From IMG/VR virus record IMGVR_UViG_3300025000_000041: DNA of 39,671 nt. One strand, given 5' to 3'. Both the position numbers and the translations under genes were made by a program. The notes under the pieces are model-generated. The model saw nothing but the letters and a program-made list of their open reading frames with translations, was not told the DNA's origin and searched no databases. Below, in pieces: positions 8,260 to 16,055 of the stretch (within the stretch, counting starts at the first letter, position 1; each line of letters opens with the position of its first letter). Source of the stretch: a virus.

Positions 8260-9426
8260 ATGATCGATGAACAGAAGATCCAAGAGTTGACTGACAAGGT
8301 TGTCAAGAACTCTGCCGACTTCCAGGCGAAAGTCAAGGAAATCGGCGAAAGCAAATTCAACACCTCGGACTTCAAGGTGTTCGAGGAAAAAAACCTCGCC
8401 GAGTTCAACAAGCTGAAGGACGAGATCGCCGCTCTCAAGACCCCCACGCTGTCCGGTGCCGAGGCCAAGGCTGAGGGCATCGAGAAGGCGCGCGAGGAGT
8501 TCCTGACCTGGGCGCGCAAGGGCGAGTACAACGGCGCCAAGGAAGTCAAGGTGCTGACCATTGGTGACCCTGCCAGCGGCGGCTACCTGAGCACCCCCGA
8601 GTACGTGGCCGAGATCACCAAGGGCATCACCGAGTACAGCCCGGTGCGCACCCTGGCCACTGTGCGGCAGACCTCGCAGCATACGGTCGAGTTCCCGCGT
8701 GAGACCGCCCTGCATACCGCCGCCTGGATCGGTGAGAGCGGCACCAAGTCCGAGACCACCGGCATCGCCTGGGGCAAGGACACCCTGACCCCGCACGAGT
8801 GCTATGCGCTCGTGGACATTTCCAATCAGAACCTGGAGGACAGCGTGTTCAACCTGGAAGCCGAGCTCAATGAGGCTTTCAGCAAGAAGTTCGGCGTCCT
8901 CGAAGGGACGGCCTTCGTTGAGGGCAATGGTGTGGGCCAGCCCGAGGGCATCACCCTGAATACCACCGTGGTCGCTTCCTACAAGACCACGTCGACCGCT
9001 TCCAGTGGCACGTTTGACGCAGCGGGGCTGATGTCTGCGTTCTACGCGCTGAAGGGCGACTACGCCCGCAACGCCACCTGGATGATGAACCGCGCCATCG
9101 TTGGTTACATCCGTGCGTTCACCGACAGCACCACGGGTCAGTTCCTGTGGCAGCCGGGCATGGTTGCCGGCACGCCTGACACCCTGCTGGGCCGTCCGGT
9201 TGTCGAGGCCACTGACCTGGCTTCGGCTGTGTCGTCCAGCGCCGTGGTTGCCATCCTCGGCGACTTCAAGCGTGGGTACAAGATCGTCGACCGCATCGGT
9301 ATGACCGTGCAGCGTGACCCCTACACTCAGGCCACTGCCGGCAACGTGCGGTTCATCGCGCGCAAGCGCGTGGACGGAAAAGTCGTGCTGCCCGAAGCCT
9401 TCCGGCTCTTGGCCTGCAGCGCGTGA
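8260..9426 (+). CDS. Major capsid protein (HK97 family) with N-terminal delta/scaffold-like coiled coil
   Basis: 388 aa. ASGGYLSTPEYVAEI...SPVRTLATV...AWIGESG...LEDSVFNLEAEL...EGTAFVEGNGVGQPEGI is typical of the HK97 capsid family. Confidence 0.92.
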   Translation: MIDEQKIQELTDKVVKNSADFQAKVKEIGESKFNTSDFKVFEEKNLAEFNKLKDEIAALKTPTLSGAEAKAEGIEKAREEFLTWARKGEYNGAKEVKVLTIGDPASGGYLSTPEYVAEITKGITEYSPVRTLATVRQTSQHTVEFPRETALHTAAWIGESGTKSETTGIAWGKDTLTPHECYALVDISNQNLEDSVFNLEAELNEAFSKKFGVLEGTAFVEGNGVGQPEGITLNTTVVASYKTTSTASSGTFDAAGLMSAFYALKGDYARNATWMMNRAIVGYIRAFTDSTTGQFLWQPGMVAGTPDTLLGRPVVEATDLASAVSSSAVVAILGDFKRGYKIVDRIGMTVQRDPYTQATAGNVRFIARKRVDGKVVLPEAFRLLACSA

Positions 9427-9440
9427 GATAGGAGGACAAC

Positions 9441-9857
9441 ATGACTGCAAGAGACGTTTATCCCCTTCAGTCGTTCTACGCTACCGCGAGGACGGCTGCG
9501 GCCAATGGCGATGCCACGGTTGACATGAAGGGCTACGAAGAAGCCATCATCATCATCTCATCCGAGACCATCACGGACGGCACCGCCTGGACTTTCGAGT
9601 TGAAGGAGAGCGACGACGACAGCACTTACACCGCTGTTGCCGACACTGACCTGGTTGCCGGTGGTACGACCTCCGGTGCCCTGGAATCGGCCTTCGCCGC
9701 TGTGACCGAAGACAACAAGGACTACTGGTTCGGTTACCGTGGCAACAAGCGCTACCTGCGCATCGACCTGACGGCGGTCACCGGTTCGCCGGGCACCGGC
9801 GGCATCTTCTCGGGCATCGTGGTCCGCTGCAAGCCGCATCACGCGCCCACTGTCTGA
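9441..9857 (+). CDS. Hypothetical structural protein (possible head decoration/accessory)
   Basis: 138-aa ORF directly after the capsid gene with RBS AGGAGGA. Beta-rich composition. No diagnostic motif. Confidence 0.5.
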   Translation: MTARDVYPLQSFYATARTAAANGDATVDMKGYEEAIIIISSETITDGTAWTFELKESDDDSTYTAVADTDLVAGGTTSGALESAFAAVTEDNKDYWFGYRGNKRYLRIDLTAVTGSPGTGGIFSGIVVRCKPHHAPTV

Positions 9858-9869
9858 GTTTCGTGAGTA

Positions 9870-9929
9870 AAGGGACGACCACTGAAAATACGGAAAGGGG
9901 GAGAGCCTTCGGGCCTCCCCCGGTCCCTT
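9870..9929 (+). terminator. Nested stem-loop after the head gene block (terminator or RNA-stability element)
   Basis: Inner hairpin 9897-9921, GGGGGAGAGCC-TTCG-GGCCTCCCCC (10 bp, one bulged A, TTCG loop). Outer arms AAGGGAC 9870-9876 and GTCCCTT 9923-9929. No clear U-tract follows. Confidence 0.5.
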
Positions 9930-9945
9930 ACAAGGAGAAGGAGCA

Positions 9946-10215
9946 ATGAAAGTTGAAATTATCGGAGGCCCGTACCGCGTGGCCTATGACGGAGTGCATG
10001 TCATTGAGGTGACGGACGGCCAGGTTGTCGAACTGCTGCCCGAGACCTGCGAGGCGTGGATCAAGTACGGAAAGGCGAAGGTTCCCGTCATGGGTTCGCC
10101 CGAGAACAAAATGGTTGTGCCGCCTGAACCGCCGGCACCGCCGAAGGCTGACCCGCACGAACGCGCCCAGGCGCTTGTCCCGCCCCACAAGCGTGGACCC
10201 AGGAGGAAAAAGTGA
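9946..10215 (+). CDS. Hypothetical protein with Pro-rich basic C-terminus
   Basis: 89 aa. RBS AAGGAGAAGGAG upstream. Stop overlaps the next start. Confidence 0.6.
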   Translation: MKVEIIGGPYRVAYDGVHVIEVTDGQVVELLPETCEAWIKYGKAKVPVMGSPENKMVVPPEPPAPPKADPHERAQALVPPHKRGPRRKK

Positions 10216-11600
10216 GAAAACTGCTTTCGTTCATTGCCATCGCCCTGCTTTGCCTGGGCCTGAGCGCGACCGTCTCGGAGAAGACGGCTACCTACAGCAT
10301 CGGCCCTGACGACGATGGAGACACTATCGTCATGAACTCGGCCAGCGCGACGACTGTCAACCTTCCCGGGCTTGGCACTGGCAATATCGGCTTTATCGTC
10401 ACCATCGTCAAGCATGGGGCGGGGAACGTGACCATTCAGACCCCGCTGGCCGATTACATCGGTGACGCCACTGTGGCCAACGGCACGCTGGTCAATTCCG
10501 TCGCCGCTGAAACTTACGCATCCGTCACGCTACAGCTGACCAAGTTGCACTACTGGCGCATCGTCGGTGCCGAGGGCACATGGACGTCTGCCGTAAGCAC
10601 AAGGAGTTACGGTTACAACCGCGCTGTCCCTGGGGCCATCGGCGGCACTACTCCTGCTGCTGGAGCGTTCACTACCCTGAGCGGGACCGCCATCACCGGC
10701 ACGACTGTTTCGACCGGTAGCCTCGGCGCTGCTGCGGCTACGGGGAACGTGGCAACTGAGAACGCTGTCGGCACGGTTCACAGCACGGTGCTCACCCTGA
10801 CCAACGTGGACATTGCCCCGGCTGCTGCCGCTGGAGGCGTGGCTTTCGGCAACGTCAAGCTGTACGACTTCCCGGCTGGCCATGTTTATTTCCTCGGCGC
10901 GGTCGCTGATCTGGCACTCACCGATACGATTGCAGCCGGCGCGGAGATGGCCGGCAACTTCGCCACATGGACGGTGCCCGTTGCCCCAGGCACTTGGGAC
11001 TACGATACCACGACTGCCAGTGAATGGCACCACGACACGGGAGACGATACCGCCCTGACCACCGACGTTGTGCCGGTTGCCGGGACTACCTACACCGTGA
11101 GCGTGACGATGGCCACGACAACTGCCGGCGGCGGCCTGGTCATTGCCATGGGCGGTGTTGCCCAGAGCGAAGTGCATGACACGGGGACCGAGACCTGGAC
11201 ATTCACGGCTTCCGATACCACGGCCCTGACCCTGACCCCAGCCTCTGGCACATGGGTGGGCGATGTCTCGGCGGTCTCTGTTACCACCGACACGCCGGTC
11301 TCGGCTACTTGGGACGGCGATATTGCTTTCGGCACTACGGCTGATGCCGACGGCTCGCTGGCCGGCACTGAGGTTGACCTGGTCGCCTCCACCGCCACGC
11401 CGCAGGCTGTCACTGGCGCCACGACCGGGGATTGCCAGAGCACAGCCACGGAGCAGACGATCCTCGACGGGCACAGCACGGCCAAGGACTTGATTCTCAA
11501 CCTGCTCATCGACGCTGCGGACTTCGTTGACGCCGGCACGGGAGCCTTGCACCTGAACGGCACCGTGACGATCACCTGGATCAATTTGGGAGATAACTGA
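10212..11600 (+). CDS. Thr/Ala/Gly-rich beta-protein with Sec-signal-like N-terminus (fibre/decoration-like)
   Basis: 462 aa. N-terminus MRKLLSFIAIALLCLGLSATV. Contains a domain resembling one in the 22623..24113 fibre protein (F-x-W...W-x-H-x-TG...T-Y-x-V/I...L-x-L/I-TP...G-x-V/I-x-x-VS-V/I). Confidence 0.55.
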   Translation: MRKLLSFIAIALLCLGLSATVSEKTATYSIGPDDDGDTIVMNSASATTVNLPGLGTGNIGFIVTIVKHGAGNVTIQTPLADYIGDATVANGTLVNSVAAETYASVTLQLTKLHYWRIVGAEGTWTSAVSTRSYGYNRAVPGAIGGTTPAAGAFTTLSGTAITGTTVSTGSLGAAAATGNVATENAVGTVHSTVLTLTNVDIAPAAAAGGVAFGNVKLYDFPAGHVYFLGAVADLALTDTIAAGAEMAGNFATWTVPVAPGTWDYDTTTASEWHHDTGDDTALTTDVVPVAGTTYTVSVTMATTTAGGGLVIAMGGVAQSEVHDTGTETWTFTASDTTALTLTPASGTWVGDVSAVSVTTDTPVSATWDGDIAFGTTADADGSLAGTEVDLVASTATPQAVTGATTGDCQSTATEQTILDGHSTAKDLILNLLIDAADFVDAGTGALHLNGTVTITWINLGDN

Positions 11601-12175
11601 TGGCTGACGAAACCTGGGCTGGCGTACTGTCGCTGGCAAACGTCAAGACCTACATCATGCCGGGGGAGACCGCTTCCAGTACGTGGGACACCCCGTTGCA
11701 GATCATTGTTGATGCGGTCATAGCCCAGGTGAAGCAGGAGGTGGGCTGTGACATCGTCGCAGGCACGTACACCTCCGAGGAAGTGAGCGGCACGGGGCGC
11801 ACCGACCTGCCGCTGAAGCACTGGCCCATCCTGACAGTTACCACTGTCACCGACGTGGATGGCGTTTCCTACACCGTCGGCTCCGATGAGGATTACACCA
11901 TCGAGGACTTCTGCCTGCGCGCGCCCGCGGGATGGGGCAAGGGGTACGAGAACTTCATCGTGACGTACACGGCGGGCAGGGCGACGATTCCCCGCGACAT
12001 TGTCCTGGTCTGCTATGAAGCGATCAAGCGCCGCTTCCAGCAGATGAAGGGCCAGTTGCAGGGAACCACTACCCGCTCGTTCCCCGATGGCTCCGTGGCG
12101 TACAGCGGGCTGGGTGATAGGTTCACCAAGGAAGAACTGTCGGTGCTGGCGAAGTACAAGAGGCTACGAGTTTGA
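11600..12175 (+). CDS. Head-tail connector/adaptor (gp6-like)
   Basis: 191 aa. N-terminal pattern LSLANVKTYI...TPLQIIVDAVIAQVKQEVG is typical of gp6-like connector proteins. Position is between the head and tail genes. Confidence 0.55.
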   Translation: MADETWAGVLSLANVKTYIMPGETASSTWDTPLQIIVDAVIAQVKQEVGCDIVAGTYTSEEVSGTGRTDLPLKHWPILTVTTVTDVDGVSYTVGSDEDYTIEDFCLRAPAGWGKGYENFIVTYTAGRATIPRDIVLVCYEAIKRRFQQMKGQLQGTTTRSFPDGSVAYSGLGDRFTKEELSVLAKYKRLRV

Positions 12176-12780
12176 GCACCCCTTACAGCTTCAGGTATGA
12201 GATGACGCCCGAGGGGCTAATCAAGCGTCTGGCGATGAAACGCATACCGGCAGCCCAGCGTCGGCAACTCACTATCTGGCTAACCGAAACACAATATGAC
12301 CTGATGCGTTCTGCTGCCATGATGCAAAAGTCGGGCAGGGGTAAAAAAAGCTCATCCATGTCAAGAAACATTGGCTTTGAAATTAAGGGTTCGCCAGACA
12401 ATTACCATGGCCTTATCGGGACTGGGGTAAATAAAACGATGTCGATCAAGTACGCCCAGATTCACGATAAAGGCGGCACTATTACTGCCAAGAAGAAATA
12501 TTTAACGATTCCATTTGATGGCGTTTTGGGGAAAGCCAGATCGTTCAAAAATACCTTTGTGGCTAAGGGGCCATCCGGTGGATTAGTCATGTTCCAGAAG
12601 CAGGGCAAGGGGAAAAACGCATCAGTGATCCCTCTGTTTTTTTTGAAGCGATCCGTCACCCTACCAGCTACGGGCTGGTTTTCCAAGGTCATCGTGAACC
12701 GCTACCAGGACCTGCAAGACATGATGTCACCTGAAGCGGTGCTTGCTGCTGCCGAGAAAATGGGAGGCGCCAATGCCTAG
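12172..12780 (+). CDS. Virion morphogenesis/neck protein (HK97 gp10- or Mu G-like, tentative)
   Basis: 202 aa. IKYAQIHDKGGTI resembles the YA-x-x-h-E/H-x-G motif of these families. Call rests on position. Visibly A/T-richer than its neighbours. Confidence 0.4.
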   Translation: MSTPYSFRYEMTPEGLIKRLAMKRIPAAQRRQLTIWLTETQYDLMRSAAMMQKSGRGKKSSSMSRNIGFEIKGSPDNYHGLIGTGVNKTMSIKYAQIHDKGGTITAKKKYLTIPFDGVLGKARSFKNTFVAKGPSGGLVMFQKQGKGKNASVIPLFFLKRSVTLPATGWFSKVIVNRYQDLQDMMSPEAVLAAAEKMGGANA

Positions 12781-13255
12781 CCCGACGAACCCGATCCGCT
12801 TGCAGGTCATCAACCGCATCGTGACGGTGCTGGGTGCTATCACTGCCGGGAGCGATTACTTCTTCACGCCCGGGCGCGTGTACAAGCGCTGGGTCCACCT
12901 GGATGAGATCAACGCTTTCCCCTGCTACATGGTCACGGCCGGCGACAAGGGCGGGCCTATTGATACGTCTGGCGCCCCCCACGTGTACGAGGAGACGTTC
13001 TACATTTCCATCAAGGGCGTCATCAAGGATTCCAACGACACGGTGACCAAGTGCGAGCAAGCCCTGCGCGATATTCGCTACGCCATCAATACCGATTCAA
13101 AAAGCGGCGTTGCTGGTTCGCTTGGCGTTCTCACCGATTCAATCAAATGCACCGAGGGGCCGGACATGGATGACGGCTACCTGTCACTGGAGGGCTACGG
13201 CTTTTTCGACCAACGAGTCGAAGTGAAGATACACGGAGACTTCGGAGAATTATAG
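12773..13255 (+). CDS. Tail completion/terminator-like neck protein (tentative)
   Basis: ATG 12773 with GGGAGG at 12762-12767. 160 aa. Call rests on position upstream of the tail tube genes. Confidence 0.35.
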   Translation: MPSPTNPIRLQVINRIVTVLGAITAGSDYFFTPGRVYKRWVHLDEINAFPCYMVTAGDKGGPIDTSGAPHVYEETFYISIKGVIKDSNDTVTKCEQALRDIRYAINTDSKSGVAGSLGVLTDSIKCTEGPDMDDGYLSLEGYGFFDQRVEVKIHGDFGEL

Positions 13256-13263
13256 GAGGCGAG

Positions 13264-13725
13264 ATGAAAAAGTTACTTTCCATTCTAATCGGTGTGGTCA
13301 TGCTCTCGGCGCTGAGCTTTGGCGCGTTCACTGCCAGCGGTACTGCGGGCACGGTGACCAAGATCGGCACAACTCATTCGTGGTACTTGAAGAACCTGAA
13401 CTACCGCTCCTCGCAGTGGCAGGGCAACAAGGCGTACTTCGATATTGTGTACACCAAGGGCGATGAGACCAGCGTGTCGTTCACCCTGGCCTATCTGTAC
13501 AGCGCCACGGCCCCCACGGCGACGACCAACCTGTCGTACTTTCCTGAGTCGGATAGCTCGGGGGTGCTGTCGACCCTGAGCCGAACGATGAGCGCAACGG
13601 GGCGGTACACGGTGAGCGTCGAGGTTCCCGACCGGGCGGCCTATGTGGTTATCACATTTGCTAACACCGGCGGCACCCCCACGGGCACTGTGGTCATTGA
13701 CGGCTTCATGAACCAGTTCAACTGA
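13264..13725 (+). CDS. Hypothetical beta-rich protein with Sec-signal-like N-terminus
   Basis: 153 aa. N-terminus MKKLLSILIGVVMLSALSFGAFTA. RBS GGAGGCGAG upstream. Confidence 0.6.
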   Translation: MKKLLSILIGVVMLSALSFGAFTASGTAGTVTKIGTTHSWYLKNLNYRSSQWQGNKAYFDIVYTKGDETSVSFTLAYLYSATAPTATTNLSYFPESDSSGVLSTLSRTMSATGRYTVSVEVPDRAAYVVITFANTGGTPTGTVVIDGFMNQFN

Positions 13726-13733
13726 GGCCGACC

Positions 13734-13964
13734 ATGAAAGCAATCAAATGGCTGGGCCCGCCGCAGCTTACCGACTTCGGGCGGGTGGATACGGGAGACA
13801 TCATTCACTTCGGCGGCGAGCATCAGGTGAAATACCTGCTTGACTTGCAGCCTGTCGCCGAGAGGTGGGTCGCTCAGGGAATGGCTGAGTGGTACGAGGA
13901 ACCGGGTGCTGAACCAGCTCCCGTTCAGGTCAAAAGGAAACGTACATACAAGGGAGGCAAATAA
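13734..13964 (+). CDS. Hypothetical protein
   Basis: 76-aa ORF filling the gap between neighbours. Its stop overlaps the next start. Confidence 0.55.
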   Translation: MKAIKWLGPPQLTDFGRVDTGDIIHFGGEHQVKYLLDLQPVAERWVAQGMAEWYEEPGAEPAPVQVKRKRTYKGGK

Positions 13965-15340
13965 TGGGTGACGAAAAGAGACTCAACAAATCGGCTTACG
14001 GTGACGGTACTACCTGGGGGACAGAGGCAGATGTCAATGCCGCCAGTGCGGGGATTCGCCCGCTGAACCCCGGGGTGCCGACCCCCAACAGGCCGGTGCT
14101 TGAACGGAGCGAGATCACGAACGCGCACGAGGCGGGGCTGGATACCGCCAATGTCGACGCAAGTGATTTCCCCCTGGACTTCATTTACAAGTACGATGGC
14201 CTGGAGAACAAGCCGCTGGCCCAGGTGTTCGGCACGGCCCCTGCCCCGGCCCCGCTATTCGTGGTGACGACCGCCAACCAGAAGATCGACTTCGTGGACG
14301 CCGGCTCGGCCACACAGGTCGCCACCGTAGCGGCTGGTTCGTACAACGGGACTACGCTAGCCACGGCCATTGCTGCCGCCATGAATGCGGTCTCGGGTGT
14401 GACAGGCACGTTCGCTTGTGCGTGGAGTTCATCGACCAACAAGTTCACTATTTCGGAGACCGCCGGCCCGACGAACTTTGAGTTGCTGTGGAATACCGGC
14501 ACCAACAAAGCCACGGACATTTCGACGCTGTGCGGGTACGATGACGCTGCCGATGACACTGGCGCGGCCACCTACACCGGCGACTCGGCTTGCACCGGCT
14601 CTGGGGCATACCAGCACACCCTGACTGCTGCCGACGACATCGACGGCATCTTTGGCACCTACGCCACAGAGAAGGGGACTAAGGTATTCGTCGTGCCGAG
14701 CTGGAAGCCGTTCAAGTTCAGCCTCACGGTTGATAGCGGCATGATCAAGCTGAGCATCAACGGGCGCGGGGACCAGGTCATCAACGACTCGGCCGTTGTG
14801 ACGGATCTCGACTCGGTGACGTACCCCGACGACACCACGGCTGCCCGGGCGAAGCTCAGCCAGGCGGTGTTTCGCATGAACGACCAGACGGGCGACGCGC
14901 TGGACTCCGATGACACCATCAACCCCAAGACCTTCAATCTGGAATACGAGCGGCCCATGGAGAACGAGCACGTTGCCAGTTCAGCTACGATACCAGAGCC
15001 CAGGGGCAATGGTAAGCCCAAGTGTAAGTTGAGCATGGAATTTCGTCGCGTCGACGCGGTCAACGAGCTCTACTTCGCCGATTGGGACGCGGCGACCGAG
15101 AAGAAGCTGGACCTGAACATCACCGGCCCGGTCATCATTGGCACCCACGCCTACCTGCTGCAGTTCGTTCTCCCGCGGCTGATCCTGGAAAAAGTTGATA
15201 TGCCTGACGGCGAGGTCATCCCCATCAAGATCGACGCCCGGGCTGTTGTCGCCGAGAGCGCACCGACTGGCATGACGGTGTACCTGACTCCCATCGGCGG
15301 CACGGTGATCAATACCAGGTCGACCGCGCTGATTGATTAG
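13964..15340 (+). CDS. Major tail (tube) protein candidate with an inserted accessory domain
   Basis: 458 aa, immediately upstream of the G/GT chaperone pair (canonical position). RBS AGGGAGG. Central ~95 aa are homologous to a segment of the 17915..19024 product. Confidence 0.5.
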   Translation: MGDEKRLNKSAYGDGTTWGTEADVNAASAGIRPLNPGVPTPNRPVLERSEITNAHEAGLDTANVDASDFPLDFIYKYDGLENKPLAQVFGTAPAPAPLFVVTTANQKIDFVDAGSATQVATVAAGSYNGTTLATAIAAAMNAVSGVTGTFACAWSSSTNKFTISETAGPTNFELLWNTGTNKATDISTLCGYDDAADDTGAATYTGDSACTGSGAYQHTLTAADDIDGIFGTYATEKGTKVFVVPSWKPFKFSLTVDSGMIKLSINGRGDQVINDSAVVTDLDSVTYPDDTTAARAKLSQAVFRMNDQTGDALDSDDTINPKTFNLEYERPMENEHVASSATIPEPRGNGKPKCKLSMEFRRVDAVNELYFADWDAATEKKLDLNITGPVIIGTHAYLLQFVLPRLILEKVDMPDGEVIPIKIDARAVVAESAPTGMTVYLTPIGGTVINTRSTALID

Positions 15341-15348
15341 GGGGTTGC

Positions 15349-15708
15349 ATGGATATCAGCAAACTGCAACCGACTGCGGAGTTCAAACGCTCAATCAATG
15401 GGGAGGCATTCATCCTTAATGTGGAGTATGTCGGAATGGATATGCTCGACAATGAAATACGGGAAACAGCCAAAACCAAAATAACCGAGTATATGCGCGA
15501 CGCCTGTTTCGGGGCCGTTACCGGGTGGGACTTCGTGGATGGTGACAAGCCGGTGCCGTGTGACAGGGAAAACAAGGGGTGGCTATTGCCGCGTTTCCTG
15601 ATGAGCGTTTCGGATGAGCGAAAGGCGAGTGACCCAAAGGACGCCTCGCCAATCTTGGTTGAACTGTACCTGTTCATTAACGATGCGGATGAGTTCCTAA
15701 AAAAATAG
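15349..15708 (+). CDS. Tail assembly chaperone (gpG-like)
   Basis: 119 aa, between the tail tube and tape measure genes. Ends CTA AAA AAA TAG, with a slippery heptamer in the correct register. Confidence 0.75.
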   Translation: MDISKLQPTAEFKRSINGEAFILNVEYVGMDMLDNEIRETAKTKITEYMRDACFGAVTGWDFVDGDKPVPCDRENKGWLLPRFLMSVSDERKASDPKDASPILVELYLFINDADEFLKK

Positions 15709-16055
15709 ACGCCTACCTCCTGTTCTACCAGGACAACTGGCCGGGGCTCCTGAAGGCTGAGGATCACCGGCACGAGGTAGGCGAGGACATCAGCCGATGT
15801 GCCAACTGTCGGCTGCAGGAGGTGGGGGCAAAGATGAGCGCATGGGAGGCGGGCTGCTGGTCGTGGTACGTGAACAACGTCAATCCGTTCTCGATGGAGA
15901 GCGGGCTGATTGCCGAGTTGTTCCGTGACATGCAGCAGAGATCCAAGCAACAGCCCTGGCCATTCAAAGCCCTTTTCCTCTCGGCGATGAACAGCATCCA
16001 TCAGACATTCGCAAGTATCCGCGCAGAGAGAATCAAGGCCGCGCAGGAGAAGTAA
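15349..16055 (+). CDS. Tail assembly chaperone frameshift product (gpGT-like, -1 at 15699-15705)
   Basis: The -1 frame is open from 15705 to TAA 16053-16055 with no stop. It joins the ORF reported at 15822..16055 and ends exactly at the tape measure start. Confidence 0.65.
15699..15705 (+). promoter_or_regulatory. Programmed -1 ribosomal frameshift slippery heptamer A AAA AAA
   Basis: Seven A residues phased X XXY YYZ relative to the gpG-like frame, immediately before its stop codon. Confidence 0.7.

Noticed and set aside
8224-9450. 408-aa ORF on the minus strand, the longest antisense ORF in the window
   Set aside because: It lies exactly antisense to the HK97-type major capsid gene, whose translation carries clear family motifs. 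The antisense product is low-complexity Arg/Gly/Ala/His/Val-rich, as expected for stop-free shadow frames in G/C-rich coding DNA, and has no plausible RBS.
10530-11639. 369-aa minus-strand ORF, plus similar long antisense ORFs at 19669-20511, 32280-33377 and 35346-36398
   Set aside because: All are mirror images of well-supported + strand genes (fibre-like protein, FN3 hub, SNF2 helicase, primase-helicase). Their compositions are Arg/Gly/Pro/Val-rich and they contain no motifs. They are shadow ORFs.
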